From positions 1,240,001-1,304,000 of the forward strand of contig JBHGNT010000009.1 in NCBI GenBank assembly GCA_043228905.1: 64,000 nt of DNA, in the 5' to 3' direction. A model generated the notes under the pieces. It searched no databases and was not told the origin of the DNA. It worked only from the letters and a program-made list of their open reading frames with translations. A program made the translations under genes and the position numbers. Shown here in pieces: positions 37,622 through 47,537 of this stretch (positions are counted from its first letter, which is position 1; the number at the start of each line of letters is the position of its first letter). The stretch is from Azolla caroliniana. Lineage: Eukaryota > Plantae > Polypodiophyta.

Positions 37622-39071
37622 TGTCACATTTATGTTCATCATTTTTTTGATCGACTCACATTTCTTACTTTTGTCAAGGACATAATCAAGATTCGAACTC
37701 TTCACCTCTTGTATATAGTCAAGTGTTATGTTCTAACCAACACATCCAAATACATAGTCATGTTATGTATATCTTAATATATTAATACTAGATTATCTAT
37801 TTCAAGTTGTAGGAGTTTTTAGAAAGTTCTAGAACTAGAAGGTTCTAGAGGGTTCTAGAATATTCTCCCAAATATTCTCGAGAATATTCTAATGCATATA
37901 CTTCAACTCGCAGTATAAATACTTGTAACCTCCTTAGTCCCTTTCAAGGGATTCAACGCCAGTCATTGACATATCAATCTAGTATTCTTCTTTAGCCCCA
38001 TCTTCTCTCCTTGATTTACATCTTTGTCTTTATGCTCTTGTATTGTTCCTAGCGTCTTAAGGTCCTCATCTCGTCGCTCCCAACTTCCAGAGTTTCTAGC
38101 CTCATCACGTTTAGTTCCATGTTCGTAACCTTATCAATCATAGCCTCATCATCTGTGCTTTGTCGTACTCTAGGGTTGGTGTGTCCGTGACCGTTTGAAT
38201 CCCTTCAAACTAGAAGCACCACCCGTCTTCATCGTTGACCTTGCTTCTAGAGTTACCATGCTCATGCCCGTTGGTCTACTATCCTCCGGTGAGGACCACA
38301 AATGGTCGCTCACGCCCGTTGGTGTTTGTGTTCCTTGTGAGGACCGCACATGGTCTCTCACGTCTGTCGGTGTTCTAGTTCCTGGTGAGGACCTCACATG
38401 GTCGCTCACGCCCGATCGTATCCAAGTCTCCGGTGAGGACCACACATGGTCACTCACGCCCGTTGGTGTTCGTGTCTACGGTGAGGACCGCACATGGTCA
38501 CTCACGTCCGTTGGTGTTCGTGTTTTGGTGAGGACCACACATGGTCGCTCACCCCTGTTGGTATTCGTGTCTCCAGTGAGGACCGCACATAGTTGCTCAT
38601 GTCGTTGTTGTTCGTGTCTCCGGTGAGGACCGCACATGGTCAGCCACTCCTCAACCTTCTCTTGTTTTCTCTTTAAGCTCTTCCCTACACCACACTTCCG
38701 AAAAGGCGGTCATAAAGGGGAGGATATTGTCACAGACATGACGGCCATGCTTTCAAAAAGGCAGTCGTAAAGGGGAGGATAATGTCACGGAGTATAAATA
38801 CTTGTAACCTCCTTAGTCCCTTTCAAGGGATTCAATGCCAATCATTGACACATCAATCTAGTATTCTTCTTTAGCCCCATCTTCTCTCCTTGATTTACAT
38901 CTTTTTCTTTATGCTCTTGTATTGTTCCTAGCGTTTTAAGGTCCTCATCTCGTCACTCCCAACTTCCCGAGTTTCTAGCCTCATCATGTCTAGTTCCACG
39001 TTCGTAACCTTATGAATCATAGCCTTGTCATCTATGCTTTGTCGTAGTCTAGGGTTGGTGTGTCTGTGACA
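37622..39071 (+). mobile_element. Non-coding TRIM-like LTR element, self-priming type
   Basis: Direct repeats 37912-38192 and 38791-39071; TGTCAC starts at 37622 and 38783; end GTGACA; duplicated PPT AAAGGGGAGGATA; internal 48-bp tandem array. No TSD found. Confidence 0.78.
38262..38642. repeat. About 8 copies of a 48-bp tandem repeat inside the TRIM
   Basis: GGTGAGGACCRCACATGGTCRCTCACGYCCGTTGGTGTTCGTGTCTCC, contiguous, no spacers. Confidence 0.9.
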
Positions 39072-42000
39072 ATTTCCCTCTCAATCAAATATGCCATCCT
39101 CATTGTCTTAGATTTTTCGGCCATATCAAAGATCGTACATTGTGTTTACCTAAACCTTGATTCCTTTGAGTTTCATGCCCTCATGTTTCAACAAGAATTA
39201 TGACATCCAAGTCATAAGTCAACTCCTCTATGCCAAATCCCACATTCCATGGGCATCCATTGCAATTCTAAAAGCATAGTCGTAGAATACGTAAATTAGT
39301 CCCATAGGTCATGCGTTTAAATTTATCTACGAAGTTTCCATTTTTAAGCACATCCTTAACGTTAATTTTCAAAATTTCCTCTATGTTTTATGATGGGAAT
39401 TTTGTTGTGAGTAGCACGATCTTCACTCAAAAAACATTGCCTACCTTTGAGGTACACCAAACTATTTTTAAGTATGATCCTTCGCTTTGAATTATTTGTC
39501 ATTGTCATACAATATGCCTTTGTCCCAAATGAGCAACACGTTTCCCAACTTTGTGTGCCCCATAAACATTCACATCTAATAAATGACCATAATACATACT
39601 AAAGAATTCACCAATGACCTTTCCAAGGGATGCATGTGTTTCCATACTCTCCTCTTTAATCCCATGGATGTCAATTGTCCTTGATCATCTTTCATGTTCT
39701 TTCAATTCTTGGAGGTCTATGCGTTTTACATTAATCTCTTGATTCATTACATGCATTATAGGCGAGTTAGATCCACATCCCTACCACATATATCCGTTTA
39801 TGACTTTGTTCTACATACATTTTTCATCTCACTTACATCCTAACTCATTATGTCCATTTTTTCCTCCTATAATGCTTCCTTTAACTCAAACTTGTTTAAG
39901 AGCTCATTTGTCTCTAATTTGGTTTCCTTACATGCTTGAATCTCATCTTCAAGTTTTGCAACCATTTGCTCAAGACCCTCATTCGCAATAACAACAACAT
40001 GTAGTATTGCAACCATTTGCTTAAGACCCTCATTCTCAATAACAACAACTTTTAATTTTACATTCTCATTCATTAGTTGTCCTAATATCTTCACCTTGCT
40101 TGTTTATGGTTCCTTGAAGAGCATTCAAATATTTATAATTATTTTCTCCATTATTGTTGAATCTATTGCATTAATATCAAGAATAATTGGTGATCTTGGT
40201 TCATTATTGATCATAGCCACACACTTTGTTGCCCCCCTTGTGAGTGTTTGCCATTGTTTCCATTGGAGTATGTTTTATATGTAGTGTCTGTTGGGAATAT
40301 GTCCCTCCAATAGGAGGATGATCCGACTGTTTAGAAAGCCGACACTCGAAGAGTTGGGAAACAGGAGCCGAGATGACGGCCTCGGCCGAAACCGGAATCG
40401 AGTAAATAGCCAACTTGTCAATAGTTTAAGTGTGCGCCCCATGAGGGCTATGTATGTAAATAACCAAAAATTTGCGTAAGTATATATGTAACTAGGGCAA
40501 ACTTTTAGGTAACACAGTGTGTAAGAACAGAGGTAGTAGAAACAGAGAGAGAGCGTGAAAGAGAGAAGTGTGAGCCGTGCCACAGCTGTGTGAGTAACAA
40601 AAGACGTGAAGAGCCCTGTGCGTTTGATACACTCGATAGAGTGTTGTATTCCTCTCGGTGTTGTATGTCCACTTTGTATAGTGAAGTTCTGTTCATGTGG
40701 TTTTCCCTGTTTTAGGGTTTCCACGTAAATCTCTATGTACATCTGTTTATCTTGTCTTTCTAGCACTTCTTGTGATTCGTATTTCAGCGCGTAGTTCGTT
40801 TATTGTGATCTATTCCGCATCGATTTCTCAAAAAATTGGTATCAGAGCTTGAGGTGCAAGCATGGAAGGAGGTGTGAGCGGTTTCCCAGGTATGATAGTT
40901 CTCAACTCACAGAACTATGTAGACTGGAAGATCAAGATGGAGGACCTTCTCATAGTCAAAGACCTGTACGAGCCAGTCGACAGAGCAAAAATACCCAGGG
41001 GGTATTGGAGTCGGACTGGAAGCTTTTGAATAGGAAGGCGATGGCCACAATCCGACAATGTGTCGATGTAAGTGTCCTTCAGCATGTGGCGAACGACACG
41101 AATGCCCACGAGATGTGGCAGAAGCTGTCGTGTTTGTACAAGAGGAAGAACGTGCTAAACAGAACCTCGCTAATGAGAAAAATCGTACGGCTGAAATACA
41201 GAGACGGTGAGAGCATCGTCGAACATATCAGCACGTTTATGGGGTATGTAAATCAACTTGCTGTGACCAAGTTTCCCCTGGATGACGCAATGGAGGCCAT
41301 CATGTTGATGTGCACACTTCCGGAAAGCTAGGAGAACCTAGTGGTTACTCTCAACACCTCCTGTCAAGAAGAGAACTTGTTTCTACATATGGTGAAGACA
41401 AGCATCCTAAACGAGGAGGCAAGGAGGAAAGACAAAGGAGTCTTGTCCCAAACGGAGTCGACTCTGACTCAACAGATGGACAGAGGAAGAGACCGGTGAA
41501 GAAGAAGTCCGTAGCGAAGGAACAAATCCCATGCCAGATCGAAGTCCAGAGGTAAGCCTGTGTGCTTCTATTGCGGAAAACCTGGACACTTCCAAAAGGA
41601 CTTCTGACACATGAAGAAAGATAAGTCTATCGGAAACAATGTTGAACCCCGGAAAATTCCGGATGAAAAGAACACTTCGGCCATTGCTACGAGCAATGAG
41701 GAACTCCTGTTCATATGTGAACAGACAAGTGCAAACCTTGCAAGCGAAGAGTGCACTTGGGTGATTGATTCCAGCACATCCTTCCATATTACTCCTTTGA
41801 CAGAGTATTTCTCGACTTACATAGTCGGGGATCATGGCTATGTAAAGATGGGTGATAGTGGAGAGTGCAAGATAACCGGAGTCGGAAGTGTGTGCTTAAC
41901 GACGTCGATAGGGTGTCAACTAACGTTGAAGGATGTTTGACATGTCCCCGATATCAGATTCAATCTGATATCAACTGGAAAGCTTGACGATAAAGGCTAC

Positions 42001-42550
42001 AGTGGTAGCTTTTGGAATGGCAAGTGGAAGTTCTACCGAGGAAACCTCATAGTGGCTCGAGCACAGAAAGAAGGCACATTGTACATGATGCATGCCCGAC
42101 TGTGCAAATTGGAAGTAAACGTGGCAGCCGACTCGGTAGGAGAGATATGGCATAAGAGGCTAGGCCACATGAGTGAAAAGGGAATGCACCTGTTAGCCGA
42201 CCAGAAACTTCTACCAGAAGTCAAGGGAGTGCACCTAGAGAAGTGTGTCGACTGCTTAGCCGGACATGACGGCATTCCACTCGAGACCACCAAGGAGAAG
42301 AGAAGCTGCACTTGAACTAGTACACACGGACTTGTGCTATGTGGATGCTCCATCGCATCGAGGTGTCAGAACCAAGGATAAAAGATAGAGTGATGGAAGA
42401 AGGATAGAGAAGAATGGATGTATAAGATATAGAAAGAAAGAGAATGGATACAAGATATGTAATGAGAGCTAAAGACTGGTGTTGATTCGAATTGATTTGA
42501 GAATACATGTATGCGCTTATTTATAGGTTCCTATAGAATAGCTTAGAGAT

Positions 42551-42614
42551 TTCTAGAATGTTCTAGAATGTTCTAGACCTAGAATGCTCTAGGACATTCT
42601 AGAACATTCTAGAA
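42551..42614. promoter_or_regulatory. Heat-shock element array in the chromovirus LTR (also about 47785-47849)
   Basis: TTCtaGAAtgTTCtaGAAtgTTC and TTCtaGAAcaTTCtaGAA, 26-90 bp upstream of TATAAATAA (42525-42517, -). Confidence 0.75.
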
Positions 42615-42761
42615 TAATCTAGATTTTTTACAATAATCAATGTAATACAAGAAGTAGCTCAAATATTATTGTTTCATATAACAATAAGCTATCTTAATGG
42701 TTGAGGTTTTCAAGTATGAATTACAAGGTTCGAGGTTCAAGTCCGGGTGACGCCATAACGG

Positions 42762-45700
42762 TCATGTGTTCATGACACTATCCCTCCTTCGAGAACGCCG
42801 AGTGGAAGTCGGCGTTAACATTGTTGGGCCGGGCTTGTTTGGATAGTGACGATGGAAGTCGTTGACCAGAGCTTCAGCATTACAAACGTTATCGATGGGT
42901 TCCCAAGTGCGATCACTCGGAGGATAACCAAGCCAATCAACTAGATAATAAAGCTTATTGCGCACAATCTTAGAATCGAGAATAGCAGCTACCTCGTATT
43001 CGGGGCCGTCCACAAGTTGTACAGAAGGCGGTGGTGGCACGACACGATCAGGAATTAAAGAGGTGTGGCAAGGTTCCAAAAGAGAGCTATGAAAGACAGG
43101 GTGAAGCCGCATATGTGCAGGAAGGTTAAGATGAAATGTTGCATCATTAATCTGCGCCGTGATGACAAAAGGACCTAAGCGTTGATAGTCAAGCTTAGCA
43201 CACGGTCGGGTAGTCTTGATGTGATGACGAAGCAACCATACACGGTCACCAACCTTAAACGGAGACTTAAGACGATGTCGATCGGCATTGGTCTTATGGT
43301 GTGCTTGCGCTTTCTGAAGATCTGACGATAACTCGAATTGGATTTGTTGTAGTTGGTGGAGGTGATGCGCCGCACTAGGGTTTCGTGACACCTCGGGAAG
43401 ATCCAGTATACACCATCGAGGGTGGTTGCCGGTGTAGGCAAAGAAAGGTGCAACTTTGGTAGAAGAGTGGACCGTGTTGTTGTATGCAAACTCAACAAGA
43501 TGTAAAATTTTACTCCAATCATCTTGTTGATAACTAATGAAACATCGAAGATATTGCTCGAGCGTTTGATTTGTGCGCTCTGTTTGTCCGTCAGTTTGTG
43601 GATGATGAGCCGAAGAGAGTTTGCAAGAGATTTTGAGGCCTGCCCATAGGTGCTTCCAAAAGTGTGAGATAAATTGAGGACCTCGATCGCTAATAATATC
43701 ATTCGGGAGACCATGATGGCGAAACACTTCACGCATAATGAGATCTGCAGTTTCTTCACTATTGATGATCTTTACACATGGTACAAAATGTGCCATCTTG
43801 GTGAACCGATCCACTACTGTTAAAATAGTATCAAAGCCTTTGGAAGGTGGCAGATCCGTAATGAAATCCATAGAAATAGACTGCCATGGCTTGTTGGGAG
43901 GGGGTAATGGTTGTAGTAAGCCATAAGGGTGATGCTGGGGTATTTTGGCGCGACAACAGGTGTCACAAGTGCGAACATAATCTTCGACAAATTTTTGCAA
44001 GTGAGGCCACCAAAACGAACGTTTCACCAGCTCAATGGTCTTGGAAATACCAAAATGTCCAGCCATGGGGGCATCATGACAATGTTCCAACACTTGAAGT
44101 CGGGGTGATCCGTCGGGGACGTAAAGGAGATTCTTGTAGAAGAGTAAACCATCTTGCCACTTGAAGTCCTGATAATGTTGAGATGACCCTGGCAATGTGG
44201 AGCAAGATGGACGACTTGAACCACAGTGGGCTAAGACATCCTTAGCAAAATCATCCGAATGAAGTTGTTGCTGAATAGTGTCAAGAAGGGTAGAATCAAG
44301 TGGTGTGGCATAAATTGTTGTTACCTGTAGCTTTGATGGCCCGAGGAGAGTTTGCTTTTGATTGTCAAAGGCCGGATCTCCAGGTCGAAGTGCTAGATAC
44401 GAACGCCGAGACAGAGCATCTGCTTTCCCTTGTTGTTTTCCGGGGCGAAAAATGATCTTGAAATCGAAACGCGTTAGAAATTGGGCCCACCGAGCTTGTC
44501 GTCTATTTAATACTCGAGCTGTTTGAAAATATGTGAGATTTTTGCGATCACTATAAATGATAATCTGATGAGGTGATCCTTCTAGAAAATGATGCCATTG
44601 CCCGAATGAGTCGACCACAGCTAGTAACTCCTTGTCATGCACCTCATAGTTTATCTCCGAAACAGTAAACTTTCTCGAGTGAAACGCGACTGGATGTATC
44701 TGCCCGTCCTCGCCTGGTTGCGATAGGATACTCCCCAATGCAAAGTCTGATGCATCCGCCTCAATAGTAAATGGCTTTTCAGGATTAATATGTGCTAGGA
44801 TGGGTTCTGATGTGAATGCCTCTTTTAGCTGCGTAAAAGCCTTGTCCGCTTCGATACTCCAAAAAAATGCTTGATTTTTCTTGGTGAGTTGAGTAAGGGG
44901 CAACAAAATGCTTGAATAATTATGTATGAATTTGCGATAGAAGTTCGCAAATCCGAGGAAACACTGGACATCCCGAACTGAGCATGGGGGTTTCCATTCC
45001 AATATTGTTTGGACTTTTGCCGGGTCCATGAAAACACCCTGGGATGAAATAGTGTATCCCAAAAATTCGACTTGTTTGCAATCAAAACTGCATTTCTCAA
45101 GTTTGGCGTAAAGACCATACTTCCTTAGGCGTTCAAGTACTTGCCGCACATGTATATCATGCTCCCCCTGTGTTTTAGAGTAAATCAATAGATCATCTAG
45201 GTAGATGATTAGAAAAATATCCAAGAAATCCCGGAAGATGTCATTTGCCATATGTTGGAATACGGCAGGTGCATTTGTGAACCCGAAAGGCATGACTGTA
45301 TACTCAAAATGACCATACCGAGTACAAAATGCTGTTTTCCACTCATCTCCCGGTCGAATTCGAACAAGATTATATGCACCCCTTAGATCAAATTTGGTAA
45401 AATGCTTTGCCCCACCAATGCGTTCTAAGAGATTGGAGATTAAAGGTAAAGCATACCTATTCCTTATGGTGACTTTATTTAAGCCTCGATAGTCCACGAC
45501 CAAACGAAGGGAGCCGTCCTTTTTCTTCACAAAAAAGATAGGAGCACCAGCTGGAGACTTTGAATGTCGAATAAACCCATGTGCAAGATTTTCCTCGATG
45601 TATTCTCGAAGAACCTCAAGCTCAGTGGGTGATAAATTGTAAATCGGACCCCACGAAGGCTCTTTTCCTAGTTGGAGATCAATAGGACAATCGTACGGCC

Positions 45701-47537
45701 GATGCTTTGGAAGAACACTAGCTTTGACTTTGTCGAAAACATCAGCATAGTCTTGATATTTTTTGGGAATTTGGATGTCTGAATTCCCTTGAGTGACACT
45801 AGAAGGTGTCACTGATACTGCAAATAAGAAAAGGTCCTCCTTGCCTCCCACTTGGTGCAATTGTTGCAATGTGATGGCTGAAATTTGATGAGAAGGATAT
45901 GGTGCATCGGTAGAACTATATACTTTGGGAGGATAATCCCGAGTTCGATCCTTGACAATGATATTTTCTGCTAAAGGGCACCTAATTTCTCGCTTCCTCC
46001 AATCGATTCTAGGGTTATGTAGCTCGAACCATGGCAAACCGAGGACAATTGGATGCTCAGGACTACGGATTATGTTAAAGGAAACTACACATCCCAAATC
46101 ACCCAAGAGTATGTGTATTGGCTCAGACTCTTCAAATATCTTCCCGGAAGCTATGGGGCGTCCATCAATCACTACTACGGAAACTGGACAAGGAAGTGTA
46201 TGCAAGGATATTTGGTGTTTTTGGGCAAAATCTCTATCCATGAAACAAGAATTGGCTCCAGTATCTAAGAGGGCTTGGACTTGAAGTTGACAACTGGGTG
46301 TCCTAACTTGTACTAGGGCTGAGAAGACTCTACTAACATGCTTGGAAGAAATGGAACCCACACTAGGTTGTACATATCTAATTGGCTCCTCTTCTAATTG
46401 GCTTAGGACTTCAAATTTATTGGACAAGGGTGGATTATTCATAATATTAGATTCACTAACTACTTCTAAAATGTTGGACTCATTTTTATTGTCATAGTGA
46501 ATTTGATTTACCTGACGTCTCGGCCTATGGGAGCAATGAATGGCTATATGTCCTGGACCTCCACAATATAAGCACAGATGGTTTGCTCGACGACGTTGCT
46601 TCTCTTCGTCTGACAACGGTCCTCGTCGTTGAGTCATATTGATCTCCATGGGTGTAGGACTATCCATTGGGACTGGATTACGTGTTTGCCTTGGAGTTGG
46701 AGCAGGGCTATACATTTGCCTTGGGGATGATTGCGCCGTTACTGATGCATAAGTTGGTGTGAATCTAGATCTTGTTATTTGTTGTTGTCGCTCACATCGA
46801 CGCTCAAAAAGGCAATTATCACACCGTATTGCTCGACTAATAGCTTCTGTAAGTGACCTTGGATCCTCGGGGAAGGTAAGAAGTAAGTCTTTGACATCAC
46901 TACGAAGGCCTGAACGGAATTGCTCCATTAGGGCTTGTTCATCCCAAGGAATATCGCTTGCGATGAGACGGAAATTGGCAGCATATGTTGAAGCTGGTTG
47001 ATCACCTTGACGAAGTGTACGAATCTTGTTGATAGTTGTTCTCGCCCCATCAGTATCTCCGAAACAAGCCTTAAATTCCTTGATAAATTCCTCGAAATTA
47101 TTCAGTAGAGGAGAATTGGTCTCTAGCAATGGAGCAAACCACGACAACGCTATGCCACTCAATAAAGTGCCCACTAGCCCGACTCGTGATGCATCTGTTG
47201 GATAACGTGCGGGATGCATTTGAATCACCAACCGTACTTGATTCAAAAAACCTCGGAAATGCGCCCTCGACCCATCAAATTTAGCTGGGAGGCTAATTTT
47301 GGGCTCCTTGATAAGTCCCTGACCTTCAACCCTTTGTTGTTGTAACACGACGATTGTCGACCCTAACTGTTGCACTCGTCGCGTGAACTCCTCTTGTTGT
47401 TGTTGCTTCTCTATAGTAACCTTTTGTAGATCCCCAAGTAGACGTTGATTCTCTACTTCAAGAGATGCGAACTTGGATTTAAGGTTCTCCATTTCTGCAA
47501 CAAGGGTGAGATATTCTTCTGAGTTAATGGCAGCCAT
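42762..47537 (-). CDS. Gag-Pol polyprotein, about 1591 aa (Gag, CCHC, PR, RT, RH, INT, chromodomain)
   Basis: Start MAAINSEE; CLYCGGPGHIAIHC; LLDTGA; YLDD; ADASD; HHCC and DDE motifs; GPF; YEVAAILDSK...YYLVDWLGY...TWEP. The upstream ATG at 47750 lies inside the LTR. Confidence 0.95.
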   Translation of the reverse strand: MAAINSEEYLTLVAEMENLKSKFASLEVENQRLLGDLQKVTIEKQQQQEEFTRRVQQLGSTIVVLQQQRVEGQGLIKEPKISLPAKFDGSRAHFRGFLNQVRLVIQMHPARYPTDASRVGLVGTLLSGIALSWFAPLLETNSPLLNNFEEFIKEFKACFGDTDGARTTINKIRTLRQGDQPASTYAANFRLIASDIPWDEQALMEQFRSGLRSDVKDLLLTFPEDPRSLTEAISRAIRCDNCLFERRCERQQQITRSRFTPTYASVTAQSSPRQMYSPAPTPRQTRNPVPMDSPTPMEINMTQRRGPLSDEEKQRRRANHLCLYCGGPGHIAIHCSHRPRRQVNQIHYDNKNESNILEVVSESNIMNNPPLSNKFEVLSQLEEEPIRYVQPSVGSISSKHVSRVFSALVQVRTPSCQLQVQALLDTGANSCFMDRDFAQKHQISLHTLPCPVSVVVIDGRPIASGKIFEESEPIHILLGDLGCVVSFNIIRSPEHPIVLGLPWFELHNPRIDWRKREIRCPLAENIIVKDRTRDYPPKVYSSTDAPYPSHQISAITLQQLHQVGGKEDLFLFAVSVTPSSVTQGNSDIQIPKKYQDYADVFDKVKASVLPKHRPYDCPIDLQLGKEPSWGPIYNLSPTELEVLREYIEENLAHGFIRHSKSPAGAPIFFVKKKDGSLRLVVDYRGLNKVTIRNRYALPLISNLLERIGGAKHFTKFDLRGAYNLVRIRPGDEWKTAFCTRYGHFEYTVMPFGFTNAPAVFQHMANDIFRDFLDIFLIIYLDDLLIYSKTQGEHDIHVRQVLERLRKYGLYAKLEKCSFDCKQVEFLGYTISSQGVFMDPAKVQTILEWKPPCSVRDVQCFLGFANFYRKFIHNYSSILLPLTQLTKKNQAFFWSIEADKAFTQLKEAFTSEPILAHINPEKPFTIEADASDFALGSILSQPGEDGQIHPVAFHSRKFTVSEINYEVHDKELLAVVDSFGQWHHFLEGSPHQIIIYSDRKNLTYFQTARVLNRRQARWAQFLTRFDFKIIFRPGKQQGKADALSRRSYLALRPGDPAFDNQKQTLLGPSKLQVTTIYATPLDSTLLDTIQQQLHSDDFAKDVLAHCGSSRPSCSTLPGSSQHYQDFKWQDGLLFYKNLLYVPDGSPRLQVLEHCHDAPMAGHFGISKTIELVKRSFWWPHLQKFVEDYVRTCDTCCRAKIPQHHPYGLLQPLPPPNKPWQSISMDFITDLPPSKGFDTILTVVDRFTKMAHFVPCVKIINSEETADLIMREVFRHHGLPNDIISDRGPQFISHFWKHLWAGLKISCKLSSAHHPQTDGQTERTNQTLEQYLRCFISYQQDDWSKILHLVEFAYNNTVHSSTKVAPFFAYTGNHPRWCILDLPEVSRNPSAAHHLHQLQQIQFELSSDLQKAQAHHKTNADRHRLKSPFKVGDRVWLLRHHIKTTRPCAKLDYQRLGPFVITAQINDATFHLNLPAHMRLHPVFHSSLLEPCHTSLIPDRVVPPPPSVQLVDGPEYEVAAILDSKIVRNKLYYLVDWLGYPPSDRTWEPIDNVCNAEALVNDFHRHYPNKPGPTMLTPTSTRRSRRRDSVMNT

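Noticed and set aside
38262-38642. CRISPR-like regular repeats (also 21250-21455 and 61680-61885)
   Set aside because: Contiguous tandem units without unique spacers, inside LTR elements, eukaryotic context, no cas genes.
39867-40094. Small repeat-containing ORF
   Set aside because: Explained by a short tandem duplication in AT-rich DNA. No other coding evidence.
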